A stretch of DNA of 63,709 nt, filler included, from Asterionella formosa (taxonomy: Eukaryota), in NCBI GenBank assembly GCA_002256025.1. It is 8 parts of 8 records of this genome, joined end to end, with 100 filler letters (N's around TTAATTAATTAA, not from the genome) between each part and the next. Parts side by side here need not be neighbours in the genome. Positions count along the whole stretch, not along the records: positions 31,959 to 39,836 come from NKIB01012369.1; positions 39,937 to 47,808 come from NKIB01012370.1; positions 47,909 to 55,777 come from NKIB01012371.1; 5 more parts are not named here. The stretch is one strand, 5' to 3'. The notes beneath the pieces were generated by a model. It did not search any database and was not told the origin of the DNA. It was given only the letters and a program-made list of their open reading frames with translations. How positions within the stretch are numbered: the first letter of the stretch is position 1; each line of letters opens with the position of its first letter. A program made the translations under genes and the position numbers. Below, one piece after another: positions 37,646 through 51,588 of this stretch.

Positions 37646-39333
37646 ATGGCGCCGGATCAATCGTCTGAAGGAAGCGGAACAATCGAGAAAAAGAGAATGC
37701 AGCAGATTGCAACGGAAGATGACCTCTGCAAGGCCCTTGGGATTGATATGCGAGATCATCTCACTCCCGGCGCGGAGATGGACACTCGAGAGGTTGAATA
37801 CGTAGTAGTTCCAAATCCTACTGCTGATGCAGTGGATCTCAGCGATTTGAGAGGAATCAAGGCCCCATCCGATGCTGCTGAGAGGGAAGGTTAGTTTTGT
37901 TTTGTTGTTTGAGTGCCTTGCGTCGCATTCATCCGATTCAGATCTACATAACTGACAAATCTTCTCTTATTTTTAAATCCTTGACATCAGATTTCCTAGG
38001 AGAAGAGTCTAGTGATCCTGATTTGGAGGCTCTTGCTGAAATTGTTCCAAAACTGAAAACGAAAAGAAACACAACTGGGCATGCAATGACAATTGATATT
38101 CCAATGGAGCCAGATATGGAGAAAAGAAAGGTGGCTTCTCATCTCGCTTCTCCAACGATGGCATGTGTTGCCGAGGAAACGCCCATTGAAGTTGAGGCGG
38201 ATTTACAAATAATGATGAACGACGAGGAGAACGAGAAGAAGGAGCAACTGGCAAACGCCAAAAATCAAGCAGTAGCAAAAATGAATCCATCCATGATTGC
38301 CATGGCTGGTGATTTTTCAGATCGAGTTGATACACTCTACAAACCCGATGACACTTTGTTTTTGGCTGATAGCATGAAAGTACAAGAAAGCGCAGACGAG
38401 ATAGAGAACGACGAAACGTCGGAGGACGACAACGAACCGTCGGTTGATAGAAGAGTTGCGCCAAGGGTAGTGAAAGAAGCTGAAGCTATTGACTTTCAAG
38501 CTATCAACAATGATGAAAGTGGTATCGAAGAGCAAAATCTTGGTGGTTTTGACGATTCCGACTCTGATCCTGGGTTGACCGCTTCTGATTCCGGTGTACC
38601 CGTTCCCGGCCTGAGTGAAGCTTATCATCATGGTCAAATTTCGTCGGTAGCGTCGTTTTCAACAGCTACTCAAACACAAACTCATGAAGTCAATACGCCG
38701 ATGTACTTACCTACCTTCAAACCAGCAACTGGATGCACAAATGCCTCTGATTTTATTGTGCGGTGCTTTGTGGCTCGACTGAGATCGGGAGTTACTGTTG
38801 TGAAGCACGGCCGATCTCGATGGTGCAAGTCGCGCCTCCGTATTCTTCACATTCATCCTGATGGGCGCTCGCTGAGTTGGAAGCCTGCCGCAGGCGAGCC
38901 AGCGTCGAGCAAGCGACCACCCAAACTCGACTTGAGTACTTGCACCGAAGTTCGACATGCGTGGTCACCAGACCCGTTGAACCCAATGTTTACGGGAACT
39001 GCTATTTTGCGACAAAAGTGCGAGGCAGCCAATGCTCACAAGTCCTTTGCTTTGATATTTCCGAAGCGAAGTGTTGACGTTACTGCTGTTACCGCTGATC
39101 AATGTAAGGTGCTGATGGAAGGTTTTTCAGCCTTGTGTTTCCGTCTTCAAGTGGCTAATCTGGCTGGTCGCGGTGGCAAGAGGGGCAAGATTTCGATTGG
39201 TGAGGAGGAAGTCGCGTCAACAACAGCCTCCAATACCCTTACGAACAATTCAGCAACCCTAAGTCCGTCTGGTAGCGGGTTGGCCACCCGAACTAATCAG
39301 AAGAAGCATCCAATCCCCACTTATTCCAGCTGA
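37646..39333 (+). CDS. Acidic protein with C-terminal PH-like domain (5' end uncertain)
   Basis: LRSGVTVVKHGRS...RILHI...LSWK...SFALIFPKRSVDV. Intron 37890-37990 is in frame. An upstream exon is possible (acceptor near 37615). Confidence 0.75.
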
Positions 39334-40169
39334 GTTGTGCAGCTGATTCACAGTTTACTTTTGTTCGTTTTTTTATGATTCAATGAACCTATATTCATAT
39401 TTTGAAGATAAACGTATTGTATGCTATATGGTTCTTAAATGTTACGCACTCTGATAGTTTAGGACATGGAAATGGATTTCGAAACTTTATCGACGGGCAT
39501 TGCATATCCTTCTGTCCGTGTAAAATGGGGGGAAATCATCAGCATACCAATTCGCGAAAGAACGTATGCTTCCAGAGCACCAAACGACAGCAAGCTATTA
39601 GCAACGATACAGTGCAGGATTCACTTCCGCTTCCAACAACAAATAGTATCACGGACAGTCAATTCCTTCCATCTGCCGTATCCGAAGCTTCTTTCGCATT
39701 CACTAATTCTTCCAAGCCAGGAGGCAAAAAGAGTCCCCGCCTCAAGTAGCATTGACATTCTGGATCATTGATGCAATTCGCCTCGTCATTGTTGTAGTTC
39801 TTCTTCCTTTGTGGTTGCGGTTGCAACTGTTTTGTANNNNNNNNNNNNNNNNNNNNNNNNNNNNNNNNNNNNNNNNNNNNTTAATTAATTAANNNNNNNN
39901 NNNNNNNNNNNNNNNNNNNNNNNNNNNNNNNNNNNNATCTTGAGTGGCTACAGAATGTTCTACAATGCTCTCATCGCAATGATTGGTGCTTCAGCTTTCA
40001 CTTTCACTTCCACATTCCCCCCAATCCAATTCTGAAGGTTGTTGTACTGGTTGCCTTGCCGTTGTTCCCCTGCTTGCTTTGATCCATTTACTCCTGAGGG
40101 TTCTGAGCTGGCATTCACGCACTATTGAATCCGTTTCGTTGTTCCAATCAGCCATACTAACAAAGAGTA

Positions 40170-40875
40170 GCAATTCATTGTTAGCTGTTCATGTTTTGCT
40201 TACACAACAACATGCATTTCGCTTCTATCTGCCTTCACTTACCACAAATTGAGGAGGTAACTGATGCATATTTCTGTAGAAGAATGTGTCAGTCGAAGAT
40301 TGAATGAGAAGCAAAGTATCGATCAATAAATGGGCTCCAACACTGCTGTTTGTAACTTACAAATACTGTTTGTCTACCATTATCCTGAAAGAAGCAACAC
40401 ATATGTGTCAGTTTTTCTAACAGTTGTAGATTGTTCCAAAGATGGCTGATAGGCAGCACTTACCGATTTCTTATTTCCAAATTGATGTTTGGCCAGCCAC
40501 CAAATCGAAAAGGAGCTATTGAATCACTGAAAAGGGGACGAGTCATTCCGCCCTTCTCTTCAAAGCCACAAGTATCATTGTGCTGTATTATCACTTTCGT
40601 TTTCCGCGTCATCATGTGTGATAATCCTTAATTTCAAGAGCAAAGGTGTATGCATGACAAGGAACCACATGAAAACATAATTTCAAATGTTTCAGCCATG
40701 AATAGTACATATATATAAAGAATTGTAAGACGTTCAAATGTATATATAGTTGAACGTTTGCATAGTTTTATACACGCTCATTATACAGCACATCCTGTGT
40801 ATACTAATATCAATTTTGAATATACATAATTCAAATATATACAATGCATGATGAGTTCATAGTTTTCTACGACCT
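40170..40875. repeat. Degenerate dispersed repeat, copy B (related to about 12100-12915)
   Basis: Collinear shared blocks with copy A. Boundaries approximate. Confidence 0.55.
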
Positions 40876-40914
40876 GTTGAGTTTTTTCATTTTTTTTATG
40901 TCAATTCTTGTACC

Positions 40915-41887
40915 TATCCACAACTACTTTTTTCCTGTTTCCCTGTAAAGTTTTTCAATCTTATCAAAGATCGATGACCAAATTGCCATGGTGGAGTCAT
41001 GTAGAACGCCAGATGCATTGAAATATGAGCAGCGAATTTTGCCATTAGGCGAAAAAAGAAACAAGTTTGTCACATAGTGTTCATGACTCCATCCATTGTA
41101 GATGTTGTTCTGCTGTGTTTCATTTCCAGCCCGTTGTAGGGTCAGTTTCAGACCATCCATTGCTCCCCAATAATTTATTATAAGTGGGTATTTCTGATTG
41201 ATCATGGTTGCAAACAAGATGGCTTCGTCCGCAGTAGGCAGTCTCACAACGGCATCTTCATGTGTCAGCAGTACTTTTACAATCATTCGCCTTGAAAACC
41301 TCAACCAAACACTCAAAGAACCATGAGTTTGGAATAAAAACAAGGTTTGAACAGCTGGTGTAAGTGCTCGAAAGCAGGATGGTCAAACCAACACAAGGTA
41401 ATCAGAGCATCATCAGGCTTGCTGTTGAACAAAGTCCAGAATGGACTCAACAATGGATGCTGTAGTGCATGGCGATGGATTTCGCCACTTCTTCTTCTGA
41501 CCTCATCAACAGTCAAACTTCCCTGAACGATGACGTCTTATTTATTGGTGGATAGCGCATTGCTAACAGTAGCAATGATCATAATGTTATCATCATCATC
41601 ATCATCATCAGGAGATGAGATGATAGTCGGCATGGTCAGTGATCAACGATGATGAAAATATAGAACTCATGCATCTAATGAACAAGAGGTGGCATAAAAT
41701 ACAAGAGGATGCATCGATATGAAAATTTAACTGTTGAAAATTAAAGTGAAAAATATATCTCATGTCAGAGAAGTAATCTAAAATATCTCTATTATCAGAG
41801 CGCAAGGACGACATTATGTAGCAGATAACCAGAATAATTTGTGTTATAATACACACATGATATAATAATTTTTTATTATCAGAGCGC
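40915..41887 (-). mobile_element. Truncated PIF/Harbinger-like element: left TIR plus deleted transposase
   Basis: Near-identical to 60251-61325 but with an internal deletion. Motifs WGAMDGLKL and HDS. The terminus GCGCTCTGATAATAAAAA at 41887 is flanked by TTAA. Confidence 0.85.
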
Positions 41888-42910
41888 TTAATCTGTTATC
41901 AACAACAAAGCAACTTCTACTTCTTACCAGATACCATGACACCATGACACCATGCCACCATGATGCATGGCGATACTGCAGTGATGCCAGTTGCAACAAT
42001 ACTGCACCACTTCCTCACCCTTCAGTTGCTCCTATTATACAACAAGATATGGTGGTAGGACCACCAGTCTAAGAATGATGCAACTACTGCGAAAAACATG
42101 CAAGGACTCTTTGACCAAACAGACAAGATGTGATGCATGGGGAGCACCACTAGTTTAAGAGCAATGCAACTACTGCAACAAAACATGCAAATGATATAAT
42201 TTTTTAAACTGTTGCCTATAAAATAATACATGTATTCTAAAATTTTAATCAATGGCTTTGAGCCATGCACTTAAACCGGTTTTGTCACTTTTAAACTGGA
42301 TAGATCTCAGTTTAGATATGTTCAAGTATAAAAATGATCTAAATCTTTTGTAGCTGAATGAACTAACTATTTTTGCGCCAGAGGGCAAAAGAGGGGATCA
42401 ATTTTATCATACATCTAGAATCAGTTCGAAAACAATATAAGAACATGGCTCAAAGCCATTTATAACTGGTATCATGATTCAACCAGAATGGTATCAGGTA
42501 CCCTGGTACCACATAGACTCCCATGTATGCTCCTGGTACACCTTAAGATGTAGTAACTTGTCTTGGTATGATTTTTTCAATTTCGACATGTGCTGAACTG
42601 TAAATATATATGATGAGCTTATTAGCTATTTAGTAGATCAGATAAAGTACTTTCATTGAAGACTTCTATCATTCCATTTAGATATATAGGAAGTCCTTCT
42701 GATATATGGAACTGAACCCTAATCATTTAGGATACAATAAAGTTACAACATGAAATGTGAGTGCATGTTGTGCTCACTATGATGTACTTGGTGTCAAGTT
42801 GCATTCATTGGGAACTGTTTGTTGGATGACCCTTCTGAATTCCTGGGAATACCTATGAGTACCAGATGTGCCCATGTATACCAATTAAAAATACCAAGAT
42901 TCATCTAGTT

Positions 42911-45900
42911 CTACCGTCGTGGGCCACCAAACGGACTGCTTTGAGCCCCAAAGCCACCTACTGGATTGTGGGCATTCCCTCCAAATGTCGATCCAAATCC
43001 TCCTGATTGTGCTTGCTGTGTAGCTCCTCCAAAGGGAGCCGGGCTCTGAGCAAGTGACCCAAAACTTGAGGTGTTAGTAGCACTAAAGACTCCAACAGTT
43101 GTAGATCCAAACCCAGACGAAGGAATGCCACCTCCAAGAGTACTTGGTTGTCCAAAACCGCTTCCAGTGCTACTGGAACCAAATGCACTGCTGCCAGTAG
43201 AAGTGACATTTCCTCCAGACCCGAACATAGTTGATCCACCAAGAGAACTTGGCTGTCCAAATCCTGGTGATGATCCTCCAAATCCAGCCGCTGCTGTGCT
43301 GAGTCCAAAAACAGATGGATCTAAATTGTACTTTTTAGCCAAGTTTCTGAATAACTGGTCTTCATTGCCCTGATATTTCTGAAGGACTTTGTCGATTTCG
43401 CCCAACTTTTGGGGATTTTGTTGTTGATAAAAGGCGGTTAATAGTTCCCGAGGATTCTTTCCATTAAAATCATGCTGTTGAGTTTGCACAGCTGCAAAAG
43501 GGCTAGGTGCCGTAGTCGCGGCGCCAAATGCTGGTGCAGCTGAAGTAGGAGCTGTACCAAATGATGTTGTCGTTGAAGCACTCATGGTCCCGAAGCCCCC
43601 TGCCGACAGCCCAAAGGGAGATGGAGTAATTGATTTGGAACTAAAGCTATTAGAGGGAGCTGAGGTGGAAGCGAAAGCACTAGGAGCGCCAAATCCACCA
43701 GACATAGCAGAAGGAGCCCCAAACGGAGAAGGACCCGGTTCACTTGCACCGAAGGAAGCTACTTGATCATCAGTTGACATGCCATCATCGCCAGCTGGAG
43801 TTGATGACGATGTCGAGAAAGAAACAAACGACGACAAAGCTTGAGGTTGAGACACAAAGCTGTTGGCAGGCAATGGGCTGCTGAAAGGAGAAAGGACCGG
43901 ATTCCGATCCTGCCCATCCACGGGCTTCGCATTGCTTGGTGATGACGAAAGGGGGCTTGGTACTCCGTATTTCTTTCCAAGCTTAGTAAACATCTCTACC
44001 TCACGTCCCTTGTAGTTCTCAAGGGTCTTCCTGACTTCACTAAGCTTAGCTGGATTATGTTTTTCGTAGAACTTTGTCAGGATATAATGAAAGTCGAGAG
44101 ATACATTAGCAGGTGCCGATGGACTGTCAAGCGACGATCCCACACCGCTTCCAATGGCTCCAAGATTTCCTAGCTTGCCAGGTTCAGTAATTATCTTTTC
44201 CGGGAGGAGTGAGTCACCAACACCAGTCAAACTAAACGACGTTGCGTCAATCTTGCCAATTGGAGCCACAGGCCCATGAAGTGGAGGCTTAGTGGAACCC
44301 CCAATCTTGTCGGATCTCAAAGCAGATGGTGTAGGTGCCTCTTTTGATAGTCGAGTATAGGCTGAAGGCTTGGAATCGAAAACAGTGATCGCTGGCATTG
44401 GGCCTGCACTTGATAATGGAACTGGATCTTTCGTTGATGGAGTGGGGAATGCAGCTGAAGAACTTGTGGACAGGCTATTTGAAGCTGACTTTAGCCCATG
44501 CAATTGCTGTATATTTGGAGACTCTTCGCCCCGTCTCTTTGTGTCCATTACTTTATTCACCTTTGCTAGAGTTGTTCCATACCCAATCAAAGCTTCTTGA
44601 GCCGCATCAGAGGCGTCAATCTCTTTTATTTGCTTTGAAGCAGCAAACACCATACTTTGAACTTTGACCTGATCCACTCGAAAAGGCTTCTCCCAATCAA
44701 CATTACGGGTTACAATTGAAGGAGATCCAAAGAACAAGGTTCTTGGTTCAGCCGCCTTATTGAATGAACTTCTCTCGTCGCCCCTGGATGGCGAGAGAAA
44801 CCGAGAGGTGGACAGTGGCTGGGAGTGGACTCGGTTCGTCTCTTTTCTGCTAGCAGGACGTTCCAGTCTTGAGGTAATAGAAATTTTTGTTGTGTTGACA
44901 TTTTTTGGTTTGAATGACTGAAATCTCGATTCCAGTCCTTTCCATTTGTTCGTAGCGGTCACCAAAACTGTCCCTGACTCACGAGGATGGACATCTCCCC
45001 CATCAATAGGAAGAGCTTCTATTCGCACACGACCAGATTTGCCAGTGCTTTGAAGCAAAGTCTTGGAAACTAAGTTTGATCCCACTATCACTGGAATGGA
45101 CCTTTCTTTCTCGCTTGCACGATCAACCATGCGAATAGATGATGTCTCAAAAATTGTTGCATCATCGAAGAGACTTTTCAGCGCTCCAAAAATAGCATGC
45201 TTGCCATTTGGCCCATTAATGGCCTCATTGACACGGTGACAACTGCTATTCATCATTTCAAGGTTGTTTTCCAATAACCTTTTTAGTTTTGTGGCCATAA
45301 TAGCTTTGACAGCAAGGCGGCGTCGAAATGTTTCAGATTCAGCATTAAGTGGAAGACTCCGGAGAATTTCATCGTTTAGAGACTGCTGTTGAATAAACTG
45401 CCGTGCTTCATTGACTAACCTCTGAGTGTCACTATTGCGGCTTAGTAGAAACATCGCCTGGTCCTTGCTTCTGATTATTTCCTCACCTGATTCCACCAAT
45501 ACGGTGTAGATCTTGTCCTTAGCAGCAGTGAATTGCTCAACCTTTGCTTCTAACTCCAACTCAACAAATCGCTGCTCATCAAGCATTAAGATTGTTGCCT
45601 TGAAGTCTTCGATCATATGAATGAACTGGGACTCATAATCTGAACTATGTTGACCAGGTTGCAATACTGACGATGTCTGAAATTTCAATCGGGCCATATT
45701 TTCTGACTCTGAAACAATGTTGCCTTGAACAGACACACTAGAAGTGGCCTTGTTTGGCTTGGCATAAGTCCTCTCGACTTTTTTGATAAGGTCGTCTTCG
45801 CGTCCCTTGTACTTCTCAAGCAAAATATCAACATCCTTCACTTTACCTGGATTGTGCTCCTGGAAAAGTATTAGTAATCTTTCTCTGTGAGCGTTTGAAA

Positions 45901-47808
45901 GTGGAAAGGTTAAATGTGAAAGGCTTAATGGATTTGTGGGGGCTTTAGACAAAATTGGTGGATATCCGCCAGCACTGGTTGACACCATCATATTGTTTGC
46001 AGGTTCTTTACTTGAAAGCTTTGCTATGGGCGCACTTGGTGACAATACCCCAGAAGAAAGGTATGTTGAAGAAGGCATTGGCGGTCCCATTGTCTGAGCA
46101 ATCCCAGTGCTAAACCCTCCAAGTGCTGGACGTGTGGGGCGAACGGTAGAAGGTGTTACTTTTTTCATGAACAAGCGGTTGGGATTAAGGCTGGAACTAG
46201 CAGGAACGTTTGCATTGCCAAATGAGTAGCTTTCAGAACCTGTCACATTAGACTCAGTCACTGATTCCTTTGATTCCATATTGGTTCTAGACAACATTGG
46301 GCTGGTAGTTGAAGAAACTATCGATGAAGGCTTTGTCAAAGGAATCAGAACAGTATTGTTCGCAGGTGCATCACTGATAATGCCACTTCCCGACGGTGCA
46401 TTGGTGGTTGTGGTAGAGGGTGTAACACCAAACAAAAACCCACCTGAGTCAATTCCAGAGGTAGGAACCGGTGCACTGATGCCAAACTTGAAGCCCCCAC
46501 AGCCTATCACACCCAATTCACTTGAACCCAAGGTGCCGCTTGGTGGTATGGCTGCTGGTGCTACAGTGCCTGGTCGTGGTGTCTCGCAAGCAGCACAAAC
46601 TGTAGAAATGTCATCGTTGGCAACAAAACAAGAGTCACATTTCCATGTGTTTTTCTTGGGGCCAAACAGATTGCCCCAGCCTTGAATCCTTGCCACTGGT
46701 GTCATACCATCATCTTGGCAATCATCGCTTTTTGTCACATCGCCATCATCTTCGGAATCATATTCTTCATCACCTCGAAATAACCAACCCATGTACCAGT
46801 CACAAAAGACCTCCCATTGGATCTTCCCATCAGACCCTGTCAAATTTGCAAGAGTCTTTCGGTGTTCTTCTTCACAGTAAGTTGAACCCATCGACTTGAA
46901 CAACTTGCCGAAATCTTTAGCAGCAATTGCAGTTGTACCACCACCAACTGCCATGAAACACTTCTTCACCCTTGCCTCTTCGTCTTCACGTTCGGCCTTC
47001 TCCTCTGAGTCAAGGGAGGCTCCATCATCGTCATCATGGTCATCCACTAGGTGCACATACCATTCAATAAAAGCAGAACGGCTAACAGTGCCAGTATTCT
47101 CCGGGTCTATCACTTGCATCTGGCTTACCAACTCACCAGCTGAAAAACCTTCCCCAAGGACATCAATCATAGATTCAAATTTTTCCATGGGGATTGATCC
47201 GGTCTTCAATTTATCAAATTCATCAAATGTCTTTGCGGCCACTTCTGCACCAGGCTTAGCATTCCTCGTGTCGGGTATGTCCTGCGTTTTTGTTACAAAG
47301 AAAGGACGTTTGATGGGCGATAATACTCCTGCACTTGAAGATTGTTTGGTAAATGCATCAAATGGTGAAGAAGCGACGGACGATCCAAAGTCTGTTCTAG
47401 GGAGAGCAGGAGTGATAGGTGCAAATCCACTCCATTTCTGTGTAGGAGAACTTGATCCAAATACAAACCCACCACCAGTGGATCCAAATGAAAGTTTTCC
47501 CGACCCCGAACCAAATGTAACTCCAGCATCTCCAAAAGCAGGTTTTGCAATCTTCTCCAATTCGGGTGTCTTAACAAGTCCAGATCTAATGAGAGAAGTC
47601 GAAAAAGTATTAATGAAAGCACTGGTAGAGTCCAAAGCTTCAACTGGAGTTTCTGTTATCGAAGAAAGCAGCTTAGGAGCAAATGGATTTGTCGGGGCCT
47701 TCACCGACATTGGTGGGAAAGACGCCATGGCAACAGGAGGCTGTGCTGCCACTGATACCTCGGCAAGCCCATCTACTGCAGTTTTCACGAACGAGAGTGG
47801 AACGGCAG
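42911..47808 (-). CDS. Large FG-repeat nucleoporin-like protein with EF-hands, RanBP2 zinc finger and coiled coil (5' end in gap)
   Basis: More than 1600 aa open. FG/FGS repeats, WKCDSCFVAN...CAACETPRP, EF-like loops (DPENTGTVSRSAF) and three HNP-K...YKGRE repeats. Confidence 0.8.
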
Positions 47809-48329
47809 NNNNNNNNNNNNNNNNNNNNNNNNNNNNNNNNNNNNNNNNNNNNTTAATTAATTAANNNNNNNNNNNNNNNNNNNNNNNNNNNNNNNNNNNN
47901 NNNNNNNNTAGCATATATATTTGTTTAACCTTGAGGTATTAATGTGATCAAAGTAAAGATAAAATGGGAGCAAACTAACAGAATTAATGGTAGTCAGAGT
48001 GAAGAATATTTGTGAACGGAAATGTTGCGAATTGTCGAGAAAAGTACCGTATTATAGAGATTATTACTGAACAAATTTTTCTTCGTGTCGCAAGAAAATA
48101 TTGTCAGTTGGCCCCAAAAATTATGTGGGTTTCTAAAATAATTATGGAAGTTTTCGAAACTATTTTAGTTCACTCCGTCCATATATATTGTATGATGCAT
48201 CATATTTTTTTGTGATGTCATACCCTTAAATTATGTACGTAGCTAAATTCGTCATATTGGCCCACCCAAATAATTAATTTGGGTGATCATATTTGACTAG
48301 CGTTTTTTGTGGCGGCTGTACCAGTAATC

Positions 48330-48993
48330 GGCGTTGTAGATGGGGTATTGATCGTTGCCGAGTGATTGTTGAGTGTTGTTCAGCCCTGTCATAATTGATC
48401 CGTATTTGGCCTTATCGGCATTGTCAAGATATAAATATGCCATAAATTGACTGAAAGCTTGTTTGCGAAAATTATCTCGTTGCTTGATGTCGTTCTCATT
48501 GTATCCATCCATGGCTTCAACGAACTTGGTGAGGATAATGGGTCCTCCCATGTGTGACTTGAGCACATCACATGCCACACGGAATCTCTTGGTGTAGTCT
48601 TGTAGACTTTCTCCTTCTTTTTGCTTTGTGAATAAAAGCGTTCTCACTGCATCTAAAATGATCGACATTGAATATCAATTCTCTTGAAAATTTAATGCGT
48701 GTTCTTTAATTGCCATAAGCAATGTCATTGGGTTATTTTTGATCCTATTGTAATCGGATCTCGCTTCAATCTTGTTCTTCATAGCTTTGTTGCATCTTTC
48801 CCAGAGCAATGCATACGCCTTGGTATTATTTTTTTCATAGGCCTGTACCCTTATAATAGAATTATGGGTTTTTAATGTTGGCGTAGATTGTTTTCGAATT
48901 CTCTGGTACCATATTCTTTCTTGATTCATTCGATTCAACATGTAGTAGGTAATTTATACCGGGATTTTCTTTCCTAAAATATTTTCTCCAACA
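48330..48993 (-). mobile_element. Deleted copia (CoDi) derivative: partial LTR fused to gag remnant
   Basis: 48993-48860 matches the LTR at 15108-14973, then KAYALLWERC...IEAR...KQKEGESLQDYTKRF gag-like text with an in-frame TGA. Confidence 0.8.
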
Positions 48994-51588
48994 TGGTGCG
49001 TAGATCACGGACAAGTTCAAATGAGCTGGAGAGGGTGAATGGAAGGTGCTGAATGACTTTTTGAAGGGTCATATCTAGCCATTTTCCGAGACCAGCATGC
49101 ATGACCAAGGCTTCCAACTGATGCTGACCATTGGTCAAGTGGTTAGTGGTGTTTTGTTGTGTTCCTTTGCGGCTCCTAGTAAGTATAAATAGGCGAATGG
49201 GGGGGGGGTCCTTCATTGTTTGTAATGATTGATGTAGGAATTTAAAGATTGTTTCAAGTATTTCTGGATGAAGTTTAGAATCATTTTGGAGATTGCTTTC
49301 ATGTGAAGAAAGCTTTATTCGGGAATGCTGCCAAGATTCTGTGAGAGATGAAGAAGTCGAAAATCACAAATCAGGCGATTTGATTATTTCGGAGATTCAT
49401 CACTCAGATCATGTCTGTTCGTAGAAAACTTTGTACTAGGCGTCGCTCTCCCTGTGATCAAACACGGTAAAGGTACTAGCAAAGTCAACAATCCAACTTC
49501 ACCATAAATATTACATTTTCACACACCTCTGGAATCGTGATCCTTGTCCTCCATTTCTCTTGATTGCTTCGTTTTTTTGTCTTGCTGCACCTTGCGGCAG
49601 GTTGATTTTAGTGTTTTTAGGCATGAGTCGCCTGGAGGCTGAGGGGATTGTGCACAGTGATGTGACAATCAAACAGAGTAACTTTCCAACAGTAAATGAC
49701 AAGCAACAGACCCGGATATTGTTGCACAACTTTGTCCACCAGAATCTCACTAAGTTGTCCCTTTCCATTCCTCTCCTTTATTCATGTGGACGAAGCAGCG
49801 ATAACAATGATATGAGTAATGGGTTGATTTGAAAGATAACTTGCGCAATGGAAGTCAAAATAATCTTCAAGTTGGAAATCGGCAACCAGATAAGGGACAG
49901 CTGGCAAATGTTTCAAGCAACACAACAATCAAAAGATCAGCAGGGACAAGCAAGGGAAGCAACAAACGTGTTGTGATTCTATCTACAGCTGTAACAATGG
50001 AAGAGTGGCAAATGTGATTCTCAGATGGATTGTTTGGAGATATACTTTCTATTCATCGATTGCATGCAAATTACTAGTGAATGGCCTTCTGATCCATCAG
50101 ATCGTCAAAGTGCCCCAAAACATGAAGGAAAAAACTAATCATTATTTTCTATAGTGCTATCATTTACCCTGTTTATGAGGTCACTGACACTACCACAAAA
50201 GCACCACCTTTGTCAAACAATTGATTGATTTAGCATTGCCAGCGGTTTGTCATTGTGAATTGTGCTCGAGGGCAGGGTATGTCAATGGCAGATTTTTCCA
50301 AAATAAGCAAGGAGTAACAACATAAAGTACTATAGGTATTTGTTGAGAGCTTCCACTAAAATTTCGGTGAAACTCGAAAAAGAGCAAAGTTTTACCTATG
50401 TATAAGAAAAACAGACTAAAACAACCCGGAAAATTCAAACTTTTGACAAAGGCGAAGGTTGCACATGTGGGGGGACGAATTGTCATTTCCCTTGTTATTT
50501 AACGCTGTTATTTCACAACTGTAAAAAAATTGTGTTTGTGATGACTAAATTATGTCAAGGTAACTCTGGTTCGCACCTCGTAGATACCATTACTGATCAA
50601 TTTCTACGTGGAAATTAATACCGGTATAATGTTGAGGCACCGGCGGCGCCATCTCAATGGACAAGAAACTACCGGTACTTACGGTTTGCTAGTAAGAGTA
50701 CATAGTATGTGGCATACAGGGTCCCACCCACAGCGCGTGTCAGACTATATTTTGTCAGATGATGACGATTTCTTGTCAGACAATTCCTGTGAGACACATA
50801 CTAAACGTTTTCATACATCACTAAGTATCAAGTTGCAGACACCCACTGCGAGCCCCAGACACATACAATAATGGCACTATTATTCATTTTTGACGATTTA
50901 ATTATTTATAGTCCAGTATTTCGATATAAGGGACTAAATTGGTGCTTACAACAGTCGCGATAATACAAAAGAAAGTCGTTGACGAGTCTGGCGGATCTGT
51001 CACAGTTCGGCTTCGAGCAGGCCAGCATATTCGAATTGAATATTCCACGATATCGGGGGCCAAATGTTTCATATTTACCGGTCGTATGTGACTGCTAGTG
51101 TATTTACCGCAACGTGCTGGTACGTTCAAATATTATGTGCATGCTTTTCTTGTCACCGACCCTGCCAGACAGTACCTGGGGAGTACCAGGTGTTGTACTA
51201 CATACAAATAAATACTACGGAATACACCACAACAGCGGCAAGACGACATACGAAAGTATCGGTAGGTGCGTCACCTGTACATAGTATCCTGGTACCAGGT
51301 CGTCCCTCTGCTACCAGTAGGACTACCGTGAAAATATACCGGTAGTGCAATCATAGAAGCAACAATTGAACTCACCTCATCACTGCCTCCTACCCCGCAT
51401 GCCTCCTGGCTGTACTAGTTCATGTATCAAACTGATATTGTTTCACAGACGCAAAGACGACAAAGTGTGAGACGAACGAAGACTCAACCATTCCACTCAC
51501 GGAGAGAAGGAAGAATCCGCGGTCGTTACTAGCCGTAGTCGGGGAGAACTGCACGCGCTGGCTGCGTCTTGCTTGTCCTTTGGGAATC

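Noticed and set aside
39660..39836. Possible 3' end of a minus-strand gene (…CINDPECQCYLRRGLFLPPG…)
   Set aside because: Only about 58 codons next to a gap and no recognisable family, so it cannot be supported.
46896..47864. 322-aa plus-strand ORF and similar antisense ORFs (e.g. 3227-3685, 8075-8374, 27590-27913)
   Set aside because: Shadow frames opposite well-supported genes, with no motifs of their own.
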